NCBI RefSeq assembly: GCF_001194135.2
Contig: NC_068999.1
Location: forward strand, 45,396,562-45,460,561
Direction of reading: 5' to 3'
Source: Octopus bimaculoides
Lineage: Eukaryota
DNA length: 64,000 nt
A program made the position numbers and the translations under genes. Below the pieces are notes generated by a model, which searched no databases, was not told where the DNA came from, and was given only the letters and a program-made list of their open reading frames with translations. The stretch's first letter is position 1. Each line of letters starts with the position of its first letter. Shown piece after piece: positions 13,347 to 24,360 of the stretch.

Positions 13347-13528
13347 TCGAAACGCCGGTGTTAAAACGTGGATAGCTGATGAAGTAGAATGTTCTCTATG
13401 TGGCTCGTGTGTTTTCTCGTCTACGTTTGTTTGCAATGTCCTGTACCCAGATATGCACCTATACATACAGGTGGATGTCGGTATGCACATACCTGTACGT
13501 ATATATGCATATACTCATTTACTATTTG
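13347..13528 (+). repeat. Family F young dispersed repeat
   Basis: Reverse complement of 38-220; ends in (TA)n. Confidence 0.85.
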
Positions 13529-15185
13529 TTTTTATATATATATATATATATATATATGTANNNNNNNNNNNNNNNNNNNNNNNNNNNNNNNNNNNNNNNN
13601 NNNNNNNNNNNNNNNNNNNNNNNNNNNNNNNNNNNNNNNNNNNNNNNNNNNNNNNNNNNNNNNNNNNNNNNNNNNNNNNNNNNNNNNNNNNNNNNNNNNN
13701 NNNNNNNNNNNNNNNNNNNNNNNNNNNNNNNNNNNNNNNNNNNNNNNNNNNNNNNNNNNNNNNNNNNNNNNNNNNNNNNNNNNNNNNNNNNNNNNNNNNN
13801 NNNNNNNNNNNNNNNNNNNNNNNNNNNNNNNNNNNNNNNNNNNNNNNNNNNNNNNNNNNNNNNNNNNNNNNNNNNNNNNNNNNNNNNNNNNNNNNNNNNN
13901 NNNNNNNNNNNNNNNNNNNNNNNNNNNNNNNNNNNNNNNNNNNNNNNNNNNNNNNNNNNNNNNNNNNNNNNNNNNNNNNNNNNNNNNNNNNNNNNNNNNN
14001 NNNNNNNNNNNNNNNNNNNNNNNNNNNNNNNNNNNNNNNNNNNNNNNNNNNNNNNNNNNNNNNNNNNNNNNNNNNNNNNNNNNNNNNNNNNNNNNNNNNN
14101 NNNNNNNNNNGGTCCCCTGCTCCATTAGAATCCATATATGGGGGCCATGTTAGTTTGAGAATTTTTTAATTCGCCTGGTTGTGTTTGTAGACAGTTTTTT
14201 TTCATAAAAAAAAAAATTAGATGATAGCATTGTCGTTGCGGGTGCCTTTCCCCCTTGTAATTGCAGGTGGGGGCCCTTGTAGTTGCGGATGCCCACCCCA
14301 CTTAGTCTCCTGATAACCAATATTTTTAGACCCAGTCTGCCACTGGTTTCAATTATATTGTTGTTACACTGTTGCAGTGCATTCGTTTATCCATAAGGAA
14401 AAACCAGCAATGCTGGCAAAGATTTTCTTCAGATGCAATCGCTATATGCATGACTGCCACTCCCATGTGGATCTCTACAGGTACTGCAGATGCTGCGCCA
14501 CCATCAGTAGCTGACACAATTTTTTCAGGTGCAGCTCCATGGTCTCTCGAGACCAATGGATGCCTATTACTATGTAGAAATGGAACTCTATTACCAGTCT
14601 TCCATAAGATGTTCTATGACTTTCTTCAACTCGTTCTTGCATAACAGCCCCTGTTTACATCTATGTTCGACAAAGGGTAATTATTACCCTTATATTATAA
14701 TGCCTACATACAAAGAATAAGGTACATCTGTCACGTAAACAGTCTTAACCAAAGCATTCTTTTTATCTTCCATATTGTAAAGTTTTAAGTATCACATAGA
14801 TTATTGTAGAAATGTGTGGGTTTCTTTTTTTTTTTGCAATATATGAATTTACTTGTGCGTACGTAATATATAAACTGTTTGAAATAGAAACATCCATTGT
14901 TGAGTCCATTCTTGTCTAAGAATGCAGTCTCTTTACCTTCAACATAATTATCAATGGCAGTATAATGACTAAGGCAATACCTGTATAAAGGTAAAAAAAA
15001 AAAAAAAGATGTTCTCAGTTAACTACAGACATGTTAAATAAATGTTTTCTAGAGAAAAACTTTTAAAATGTACCATTATCTAGAAAACTGGAAAAAAATA
15101 ATCGATATGAAAGTATAGACCAATGCAAAAAAACCCCCCCAAAAAACAAAACCTAAACACTTAGATTTTAATAAAATAGTCATCT

Positions 15186-15568
15186 TTTTATCTTGTTTCA
15201 GTCATTAGATCGCGGCCATGCTGGGGCACCACCTTCAAGAATTTTTAGTCGAATGAATCGACCCCAGTACTTACTTATTTTAAGCCTAGTACTTATTCTA
15301 TCGGTCTCATTTTGCCGAACCACTAATGTATAGGGATGTAAACACACCAACACCGGTTGTCAAGCAGTGGTGGGAGATAAACACAAACACACATACACCT
15401 AAATATATACGGTGAGCTGCTCTCAGTTTCTGTCTACTAAATCCACTCACAAGGGTTTGGTCTGCCCAAGGCAATAATAATAGAAGATACTTACCCAAGG
15501 TGCCATGCAGTGGGACTGAACCCAGAACCATGTGGCTGGAAAGCAAACTTCTTACCATGCAGCCATGT
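15186..15568 (-). mobile_element. SINE family C (OR-like CORE-type), full length
   Basis: Reverse complement has tRNA head TGGCTGCATGGTAAGAAG..GGGTTCAGTCCC, CORE-like CACCTTGGGTAAGT, internal (TG)n, 3' GCATGGCCGC..ATGACTGAAACAAG. Confidence 0.85.
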
Positions 15569-16577
15569 CTGTGCCTTAGTTAACGTTTGTTTTTTTTTTA
15601 ACTTTTAGCCAAGAGCCAAGCGGGGTAATGTTGTTCCTATGACCATTTACAAAGCCTCCAAGACCAGTAGGAGTGAAGAATATAGATATCCTTAAATTGG
15701 AAAGCTAACCTGAATGCTTTAGTGACGTGAACTCCCCCAAAGGTGCCATGTGCTGCTGTTCAACTACTTGATCGGTTTTCCAACCCACTTCAAGACATTT
15801 ATCATAATTGTTCTTGTAACTCAAAGTCATTGCTGATCAAGCACATTGCAATTAAAAAAAACAAAAACATTCAAGCTGTGCCTGTCCCGTTTTTTTTAAA
15901 ATTTTATTTTTCAAAGGTGGAGTAACATGGAGTATCCAATGTGTTATTATTCTTTTTCAAAATGGTAGGATGCAGTTACTATTTTTAGCAGGTCAAACAA
16001 CCTGGTAGAGAACCTTGTTGGCTGGTATCAGCAAATCTAAGGCTTGTGATTGGAAAGAGGTTTGGCTGTTCTTTCTAGCACAGAGGCTCACAGAAAAGTA
16101 GTTAACATTTGACGAATGACTCCCAAATTTAAATCAGGATCTAGAGAGTGTGTATGTGGTGGGTACTATCAGAAATTACATGTGTAACATTAACGTTTTT
16201 AAAAATGATACACAGAAGTATGATTATATTTTAAACATTTCCAGTCTTGCTGTGAAATAAATATTCATGTAGAAACACTCGAAGTGTTTGGTTGAAATTA
16301 CTCAAATGTGCAGTTTGGAGCTATTTCAACTTCCGGTGTGTCGAAAATGGCTACATCTGATTGGCTGAAATTAGAAAATTTCAGTCTTTAAAGATTTCCA
16401 ATATTTTAATTTATAATAACTCCCCAAAATGGTTATGATTTTTGAAATTAGCATGAAAAACTACATCTGTGTAGAAATTTTCTAAAAGATCAGCTCTTAG
16501 AGTGTCTGTTGTCATGCAACCAGCAGCAAACAGTTCATATAGTCGCATAGAAAAATGCCTTCGTTCACGCACAGCTG

Positions 16578-16774
16578 AGCTAATTTGCATAATGGTGTTG
16601 GTTTGACAGCCGCTAAGAAGTTATTGATACATCAACCGCCGCATGAACATTGAAAAATTCATGTTTAAAACATGTAAATGTACTTCGGTACACTGCATTA
16701 TTTTAATGTCCGTGTGTTTGTGCATTGGTAATTATTTAATGGTTGTCAAACTAATAACATTATGTAAATTAGCT
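16578..16774. mobile_element. Unclassified MITE with ~34-bp TIRs
   Basis: AGCTAATTTGCATAATGGTGTTGGTTTGACAGCC vs reverse complement of 16741-16774 AGCTAATTTACATAATGTTATTAGTTTGACAACC. Confidence 0.65.
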
Positions 16775-18914
16775 CTCTCTCTCTCTTTTTATTAACCAAT
16801 GAAGGAGCCTACATTCAAAATGACGAGGAACCCCTTGTCGCCAACTAATGTGAAACTACATACTGAGAAATACTAAAAGAGAGAAAAATAAAGCGTATGG
16901 CAGAAAGGAGAAAAAAAAAACCCCATCATTCTTTTGGTTTATGACCATAAAATGAAAGTGAGGAATTATCATGAGCAATCAGTATTAAAAAATGGGAATT
17001 TTGAAAATGTTTTTCNNNNNNNNNNNNNNNNNNNNNNNNNNNNNNNNNNNNNNNNNNNNNNNNNNNNNNNNNNNNNNNNNNNNNNNNNNNNNNNNNNNNN
17101 NNNNNNNNNNNNNNNNNNNNNNNNNNNNNNNNNNNNNNNNNNNNNNNNNNNNNNNNNNNNNNNNNNNNNNNNNNNNNNNNNNNNNNNNNNNNNNNNNNNN
17201 NNNNNNNNNNNNNNNNNNNNNNNNNNNNNNNNNNNNNNNNNNNNNNNNNNNNNNNNNNNNNNNNNNNNNNNNNNNNNNNNNNNNNNNNNNNNNNNNNNNN
17301 NNNNNNNNNNNNNNNNNNNNNNNNNNNNNNNNNNNNNNNNNNNNNNNNNNNNNNNNNNNNNNNNNNNNNNNNNNNNNNNNNNNNNNNNNNNNNNNNNNNN
17401 NNNNNNNNNNNNNNNNNNNNNNNNNNNNNNNNNNNNNNNNNNNNNNNNNNNNNNNNNNNNNNNNNNNNNNNNNNNNNNNNNNNNNNNNNNNNNNNNNNNN
17501 NNNNNNNNNNNNNNNNNNNNNNNNNNNNNNNNNNNNNNNNNNNNNNNNNNNNNNNNNNNNNNNNNNNNNNNNNNNNNNNNNNNNNNNNNNGGGGGGGGGG
17601 GGAGAAAACCCCCAAAAAACCCTTAATAAAAAACCCTTAATACCAAAAGAGTAATTTTTATGTAAATTTGTAAAAGCAAAGATTCATTATTTTTTTTTTC
17701 GCAGCATGGACGTTGCCCTCCTAGCTTCTTGCAATTTGCCCCTGGTACTGAAAAGGGTTCCTTGTACATGATCTACACCTTTGATTTGCACCCATTTTTT
17801 ATCTATGGACCCCTTTGATTACCATTTTATTCTGGTGGACCCCACTAAGCCATTTGATGCTTAAAAGCTAGTTTTATAGAAACACTTCTTTCAATCATGC
17901 TCGAATGGTGCTTTCATTAAAAATATTCATTTTTCTGAAAGTTATGAGGAAACGAAGTTGTAGTGGGGGAGACTTGTGCTGGTAAGCAAAGCTTTCAAAG
18001 ACTAAAATATATTTAAAATGGTTTTAACTATGAATTGAAACTTGGTTGTGTAATTTGCTGCTTACTTTCAGAGTAATGATTTTTGTTGTAGGCATTAATT
18101 TGTGTTAATTAATCACGAATGGGTTTCTATTTGCAATTGAAACTGGCATGTGGATCTAGTTTGCTGAAACAAACACATCTTTATTGTAAGACATTTGCTT
18201 TAAGCCTGAAATGGCATTAAGTGAAGGAGAGAGAGTGACAGTCACTGCGGAAAATGAAAGAGAAAAATGAATGCTAGTGCGGGGATGGGGAGAGAAAGAA
18301 AGAGTGAACAGTTGAACAGTTAGTGCAGAAGAAGGAGAAAGAAGGTGAGTGTTAGCATTGGGAGAGGGGAAAAGAGAGGGCGAATATTAGCGTATGGTGA
18401 GTCGCTTATATAGAGAAAATCAATATAATATTAAAAAAAAAAAGAAAAAAAATGAAGAAAATCATAAACCGACTTCTCTGGAGTTTGAAGTTAGAACTGA
18501 ATGAGATGGAAATAAATGCCNNNNNNNNNNNNNNNNNNNNNNNNNNNNNNNNNNNNNNNNNNNNNNNNNNNNNNNNNNNNNNNNNNNNNNNNNNNNNNNN
18601 NNNNNNNNNNNNNNNNNNNNNNNNNNNNNNNNNNNNNNNNNNNNNNNNNNNNNNNNNNNNNNNNNNNNNNNNNNNNNNNNNNNNNNNNNNNNNNNNNNNN
18701 NNNNGAACTGAAGAAAAATAAGTTGTTGCCGAAACTTTCTACGAAAAACAAGCAAAAAAAAAAGAAAAAAGAAAGAAAAGATTGATAAATAGAAATATTA
18801 TAGAAATGAGTTAATAGAGATCATAAAGTTGGAAACGGTCAATGGAGACATAAAGTAAGTAAAACCTGAAGAAATATATATATACACACACACACATATA
18901 CATACATATGTGTA

Positions 18915-18982
<68 letters not shown>

Positions 18983-19032
18983 TACATATATATTTATATA
19001 CATACATATATATATATATACATACATATTTT

Positions 19033-19063
<31 letters not shown>

Positions 19064-19232
19064 ACACAACCCCACTATTTACTGACTTATATATATATAT
19101 ATACATATATATATACATATATATATATACATATATACATTTGTGTATATATATATATATACATACATGCATATATATATATACACATACATATATATAT
19201 ACACATACATATATATACATACATATACATAC

Positions 19233-19275
<43 letters not shown>

Positions 19276-19906
19276 TAAATCTTTTCTGTCTTTATATCTT
19301 TATGAATACATAAGTATATATATGTCGTGATAAAGGTAGTTTGTTGATTGATATTCAGTCCCTCATCACTACATTAATTTTTGTTTCTTTTCCTAGCTTA
19401 TATGGCTGTGTATATATGCGTGTATATATATATATATGTATATGATATATAAGTCCGTGTATAGATATTTATATATGTGCTGTTCTGTTTCTTATTCGTT
19501 GTTCATTGACTTGTGAAGTGTTTTTGTGATGGTTGCTAAAAACCTTAGATTTATTGAAACCAGAGAGGAACAGGATGTTGTGACGTTCGTTATTTTCAAA
19601 AGGACTTTTGAACATCGTAAATGAAATGAATGTATATGGGAATCAAAACCAGGTTGCTTTGGGATTGTCAGGTTCAATAAAGCAGAGAACAGAATGCTTC
19701 CATTCTACTAGAATAGTCAGAAATGATCTAGTGTACCAAAAACCATAATTTTTTTAGATGTGTATCTTTGAATATGCATCATAGACTATAGTTTTGCAAT
19801 AAAGCAAAACAGAAAAAGATGTGGAGGCAGATATGAGAAAGGATTTTCCCCCTCTTATCTTTCCCATAATTTTTCAGTTTTAACTTAATTTTGAAAATTT
19901 TTTCAG

Positions 19907-20015
19907 ATATTTCTGCGAGTGATTCTTCAGAAAATATGCAAAGCTTTATAAAACATAAATCTGAAGAAATTCTTGAAAAAAATGTCAAAACTGGATCGTT
20001 ATGGAAAGGATGAAG
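19907..20015 (+). CDS. Candidate exon with possible start codon (ATG 19982, MSKLDRYGKDE)
   Basis: Acceptor TTTTTTCAG, donor AAG|GTGGGT, A-rich context before ATG; no homology recognised. Confidence 0.25.
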
Positions 20016-20809
20016 GTGGGTGGTAATTCTCTAAAGCAATGGTCCCCCACTTTCCCTTGGGGGTACATTGTGACCTCACAAAGAGCTGGCAAATGATAAG
20101 GGTGTGGTAGGGGTTAAGAGTAGATTTTGGTTTTTCTTAGAAATAAAATATTTCAAACCAAGTACAAAACATACTTTCTATGCTTGTTTAAACAAATTCC
20201 TTTCCATCAGAATTAGGTGCAGGTAAGAAGTTTACTTCCTTACCACGTGGTTTTGAATTCTGTCCCATTGCATGGCACCTTGGACAAGTGTTTTCTACTA
20301 TAAATTTTTACGATCATACAAACCATTTTGAATATTATTTTAGCAAATTTAGAGTGATGTCTTTTGTGCTGCAAACCATTTACCATTTCTGTGGTGGCCC
20401 CTGCTTCCCTTGATGCCTTAAGCATGGGCTTATTATACTTAACAGTTAATCCAATGTTGCCTATTTTCTTCACTGCTCCCTACACTGAACTGATATCCTA
20501 TATATCCAACTCATTCCCTTTCTCTAATCATGTGTCACTCTACTTTCACTCAGTGCACTTTTCTACACATTCATCTTTTCCCCATCTTCTATAATATTCT
20601 GTTTCATATTCACATTGTACCTGGACCTCACATCTCTTTCTTCATCTCTCTCTCTCTCTCTCTCATTTTCCAGGTGGGCAAGCCATGCATTCAACTCTTT
20701 AGCAAGACACCTGCTTCTCATCTCTCTCATAGTTCATTATTCCTTCAGTCTGTATCCTGCTCAGTTGAGGGGTTTTATCATGTGGGTACTTGATGACATT
20801 ATCAGTGCT

Positions 20810-20995
20810 GGTGCTATGTAAAAAGCACCCAGTATGCTCTTCCAAGTGGTTGGCATTAGGAAGGGCGTCCAGCTGTAGAAACCATACCAAAAGCAGATAC
20901 AGAACCTGGCACAGCCTTCTGGCTCATCTGTTCTTGTCAGACCATCAAACCCATGCCAGCATGGAAAAAAAGATGTTAAATGATAATGATGATGA
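20810..20995 (+). mobile_element. RTE-type 3' tail repeat (family D)
   Basis: GGTTGGCATTAGGAAGGGCGTCCAGCTGTAGAAACC...CCCATGCCAGCATGGAA...(GAT)n. Confidence 0.75.
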
Positions 20996-22077
20996 GATTC
21001 TGTGAGATTTAGCTATCATTTCTAGCATGTCAAGCAGCCACATAGATGCTTCTTCCATTTTGGTTTGAATGTCCATCATGTTTTGATGTGTATAATATTT
21101 GTGAAGAGGTAATTCTTAAACAAGCAGATGATTAAATCACTCGAGACATTAATATTCATGAGTTCAATGAGAGAAATAAGACGACAAGTGAAGTACTGCG
21201 TTGCGTCCAGGTTCAAACCTCAGTGGGGGCACGCTTTACCTTTCATCCCTCTTGAGTCAATAAAATAAATATTTGTCATATATTGATTTATTTGGTTCAA
21301 CAGGAATACATACGCATTTCTCAATGTTTATTTTTCTAAAAGAAATGCAAAGAAACCGGAGAAAGACAAAATCAATACGAAGTCCATAACTTTTAATAAA
21401 ATATCCTTATTTTATTTATATCCTTTTGTCTCGTAAAATTCATGAATATTTATTATCACTCATAACTGAATTGACAATCTCTCCTCTCTCTCCTTCTCTC
21501 TTTTCCTCTCTCTNNNNNNNNNNNNNNNNNNNNNNNNNNNNNNNNNNNNNNNNNNNNNNNNNNNNNNNNNNNNNNNNNNNNNNNNNNNNNNNNNNNNNNN
21601 NNNNNNNNNNNNNNNNNNNNNNNNNNNNNNNNNNNNNNNNNNNNNNNNNNNNNNNNNNNNNNNNNNNNNNNNNNNNNNNNNNNNNNNNNNNNNNNNNNNN
21701 NNNNNNNNNNNNNNNNNNNNNNNNNNNNNNNNNNNNNNNNNNNNNNNNNNNNNNNNNNNNNNNNNNNNNNNNNNNNNNNNNNNNNNNNNNNNNNNNNNNN
21801 NNNNNNNNNNNNNNNNNNNNNNNNNNNNNNNNNNNNNNNNNNNNNNNNNNNNNNNNNNNNNNNNNNNNNNNNNNNNNNNNNNNNNNNNNNNNNNNNNNNN
21901 NNNNNNNNNNNNNNNNNNNNNNNNNNNNNNNNNNNNNNNNNNNNNNNNNNNNNNNNNGAAGCTAAACTAGCATTTATTCATTTTATCAGCCCCAAACAGA
22001 ATGAGTTGTAAGAAATGCCGTTAAACATTTTGTTCAATGTGATAATTGATTCTATCAGCTTGACACCTTAATAATAA

Positions 22078-22319
22078 TAATTTTTTATTTCTTTATTGCC
22101 AACAAGGGGCTAAACATAGAGGGGACAAACAAGGACAGACAAAGGGATTAAGTCAATTACATCGACCCCAGTGCGTAACTGGTACTTAATTTATCGACCC
22201 TGAAAGGATGAAAGGCAAAGTCGACCTCGGCGAAATTTGAACTTAGAACGTAACAGCAGACGAAATACCGTTAAGCATTTCGCCCGACATGCTAACGTTT
22301 CTGCCAGCTCGCCACCTTA
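22078..22319 (-). mobile_element. SINE family A, full length
   Basis: Reverse complement of the 9567-9792 type from head to tail. Confidence 0.85.
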
Positions 22320-22407
22320 ATAATAATAATGATGGTTCTTCAGATTTTGGTACAAAGCCAGTTATTTCATGAGGAGAGGACAAATCAATTATATCAACCC
22401 CAGGACT

Positions 22408-22580
22408 TACATTATTTACATTTGACGAATATTTGTCCTCATCTTGTTTGTTGTTAACACAACGTTTCGGCTGATATACCCTCCAGCCTTCATCAGGTGT
22501 CTTGGGGAAATTTCAAACCTGGGTTCTCATTCCTAAGGTATTTTTCGATGTTGTTGTTATCATTCTTCTTCTTCTTCTTC
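22408..22580 (-). mobile_element. Family E element 3' part without tail, running into an expanded (AAG)n array and gap
   Basis: Near identical to 10594-10740; carries the intact hammerhead. Confidence 0.85.
22456..22501 (-). ncRNA. Minimal type I hammerhead ribozyme (Penelope-type), intact copy
   Basis: Minus strand reads GACAC-CTGATGA-A-GGCTG-GAGGGTATAT-CAGCC-GAAAC-GT-T-GTGTT: stem I GACAC/GTGTT, core CUGAUGA, stem II GGCUG/CAGCC, GAAA, loopless palindromic stem III ACGU, GUU cleavage triplet. Confidence 0.85.
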
Positions 22581-23057
22581 TTCTTCTTCTTCTTCTTCTT
22601 NNNNNNNNNNNNNNNNNNNNNNNNNNNNNNNNNNNNNNNNNNNNNNNNNNNNNNNNNNNNNNNNNNNNNNNNNNNNNNNNNNNNNNNNNNNNNNNNNNNN
22701 NNNNNNNNNNNNNNNNNNNNNNNNNNNNNNNNNNNNNNNNNNNNNNNNNNNNNNNNNNNNNNNNNNNNNNNNNNNNNNNNNNNNNNNNNNNNNNNNNNNN
22801 NNNNNNNNNNNNNNNNNNNNNNNNNNNNNNNNNNNNNNNNNNNNNNNNNNNNNNNNNNNNNNNNNNNNNNNNNNNNNNNNNNNNNNNNNNNNNNNNNNNN
22901 NNNNNNNNNNNNNNNNNNNNNNNNNNNNNNNNNNNNNNNNNNNNNNNNNNNNNNNNNNNNNNNNNNNNNNNNNNNNNNNNNNCTTCTTCTTCTTCTTCTT
23001 CTTCTTCTTCTTCTTCTTCTTCTTCTTCTTCGTCTTCTTCTTCTTCTTCTTCTTCTT

Positions 23058-23319
23058 GTTAAGAGCATGGGAAACTAACCCCAAGATTCTGAGTTCGATT
23101 CCAGGCAGTGACCTGAATAAGAACAACAACAACAACAACATCATCATCATCAAAAAATACTTTAGAAATAAGAACCCAGCTTTGAAATTTCCCCAAGACA
23201 CCTGATGAAGGCTGGAGGGTATATCAGCTGAAATGTTGTGTTAACGACAAATAAGATGAGGACAAATATCCGTCAAATGTAAATAATGTACATAATTCCT
23301 CATCTCTTAAATATAGAAC
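23058..23319 (+). mobile_element. Family E element, near full length, with 3' tail
   Basis: GTTAAGAGC..AACTAACCCCAAGATTCTGAGTTCGATTCC (tRNA-like D-arm end, anticodon arm, B box), microsatellite, hammerhead, tail ending ATATAGAAC. Confidence 0.88.
23197..23242 (+). ncRNA. Hammerhead ribozyme motif, family E copy with two CpG-type transitions
   Basis: GACAC-CTGATGA-A-GGCTG...CAGCT-GAAAT-GTT-GTGTT; core intact, substitutions leave G-U pairs. Confidence 0.65.
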
Positions 23320-23699
23320 CATAACCCCAGTATTTATTTTATCAATCCTGACTGGATGAAAGGCAAAGTCAACCTAAGAGTAAGTTGAACTTCATACGTC
23401 AGAGGAGATGCCACTAAACATTCTGTGTGACGTACCTATGATTCTGCTAGTTTGCAGCCAAACTGGGAAAATAAAATGGTTCATTCAGTAAAATAATGAT
23501 AATGCGAAAATTTGTGTTAATAAAATGCTTTATCTACCATTACAGTAAGTGCTGAGATTTAGTAACCTTGATAAATTAGTTGTTAGCTCCAGTATGGGCA
23601 TTCCCCATTAGGTGAAGTTGGGAAAAGAATACAGTATATTTATAGACATATATAGCCTTAGTTCAGTGTTTTTTTGTTTTTTTTACATTATTATTTTGA

Positions 23700-24085
23700 G
23701 AGGATTCTTTGATTCAGTTTTGCACAACAATCCAAAGATTGGAAGAATATTTCAAGGATGAGGTGCTGATTCTTTCAGTCAAAGACAAAAGTACATCGAG
23801 TTAAGTGAAATGATTCAACTGGGAATCAAAGCTGCAAAGCAGTCGTGTCTTTCTGGGAGCTTACCAACCGCTCTACAACACAGATTAGTAAAATGACTGC
23901 ACTTCAGAGCATATTTGATGCACCCCAACTTCAGCAATGCTTATTCAAGAGAAAAGTTTTCAGTGCATTAAAGCATGTAATATTATCTTATGGAAGGTCC
24001 AACTTTGCGTATAGGACCCAGGGGAAATTCTTTGAGACATTTTTGGAAAAGACATGCATTATATATGCCATGAAATATGGTGAAT
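23700..24085. mobile_element. Decayed pogo/Tigger-like DNA transposon end with frameshifted coding-like sequence
   Basis: 3' end TATATGCCATGAAATATGG resembles pogo-type TIR; interrupted protein-like frames upstream. Confidence 0.3.
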
Positions 24086-24118
24086 AACTTTTATTGTTGA
24101 TTAAAACTGTATTGCGTG

Positions 24119-24360
24119 GAGGTGCGTGGCTCAGTGGTTAGGGTATCAGCATCATGATCGTAAGATTGTGGTTTCAATTCCTGGACCAGGTGACGCATTG
24201 TGTTCTTGAGCAAAACACTTCATTTCACGTTGCTACAATCCATTCAGCTGGCAAAAATGAGTAACGCTGCGATGGACTGGCGTCCCGTCCAGCTGGGGTA
24301 CACATATGCCATTGAAACTGGGAAACCGGGCCAATGAGCCTTGCTAGGCTATAAAAAAAA
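24119..24360 (+). mobile_element. SINE family B (tRNA head + CORE-like domain)
   Basis: TGGCTCAGTGGTTAGG A box, GGTTTCAATTCC B box, TCTTGAGCAAAACACTT. Confidence 0.8.

Larger units (their letters stand above)
22330..23460 (-). mobile_element. Older SINE family A copy interrupted by the family E inverted pair
   Basis: Halves 22330-22409 and 23323-23460 join at a duplicated AACCCCAG(G/T)A(C/T)TTA. Confidence 0.6.

Noticed and set aside
16325-16372. Promoter-like cluster CTTCCGG / AAAATGGC / ATTGG
   Set aside because: Short motifs in a transposon-rich context with no linked transcript evidence.
24119-24190. tRNA-gene-like A/B boxes (also in other SINE heads)
   Set aside because: No acceptor-stem closure; they continue into SINE bodies, so they are not tRNA genes.
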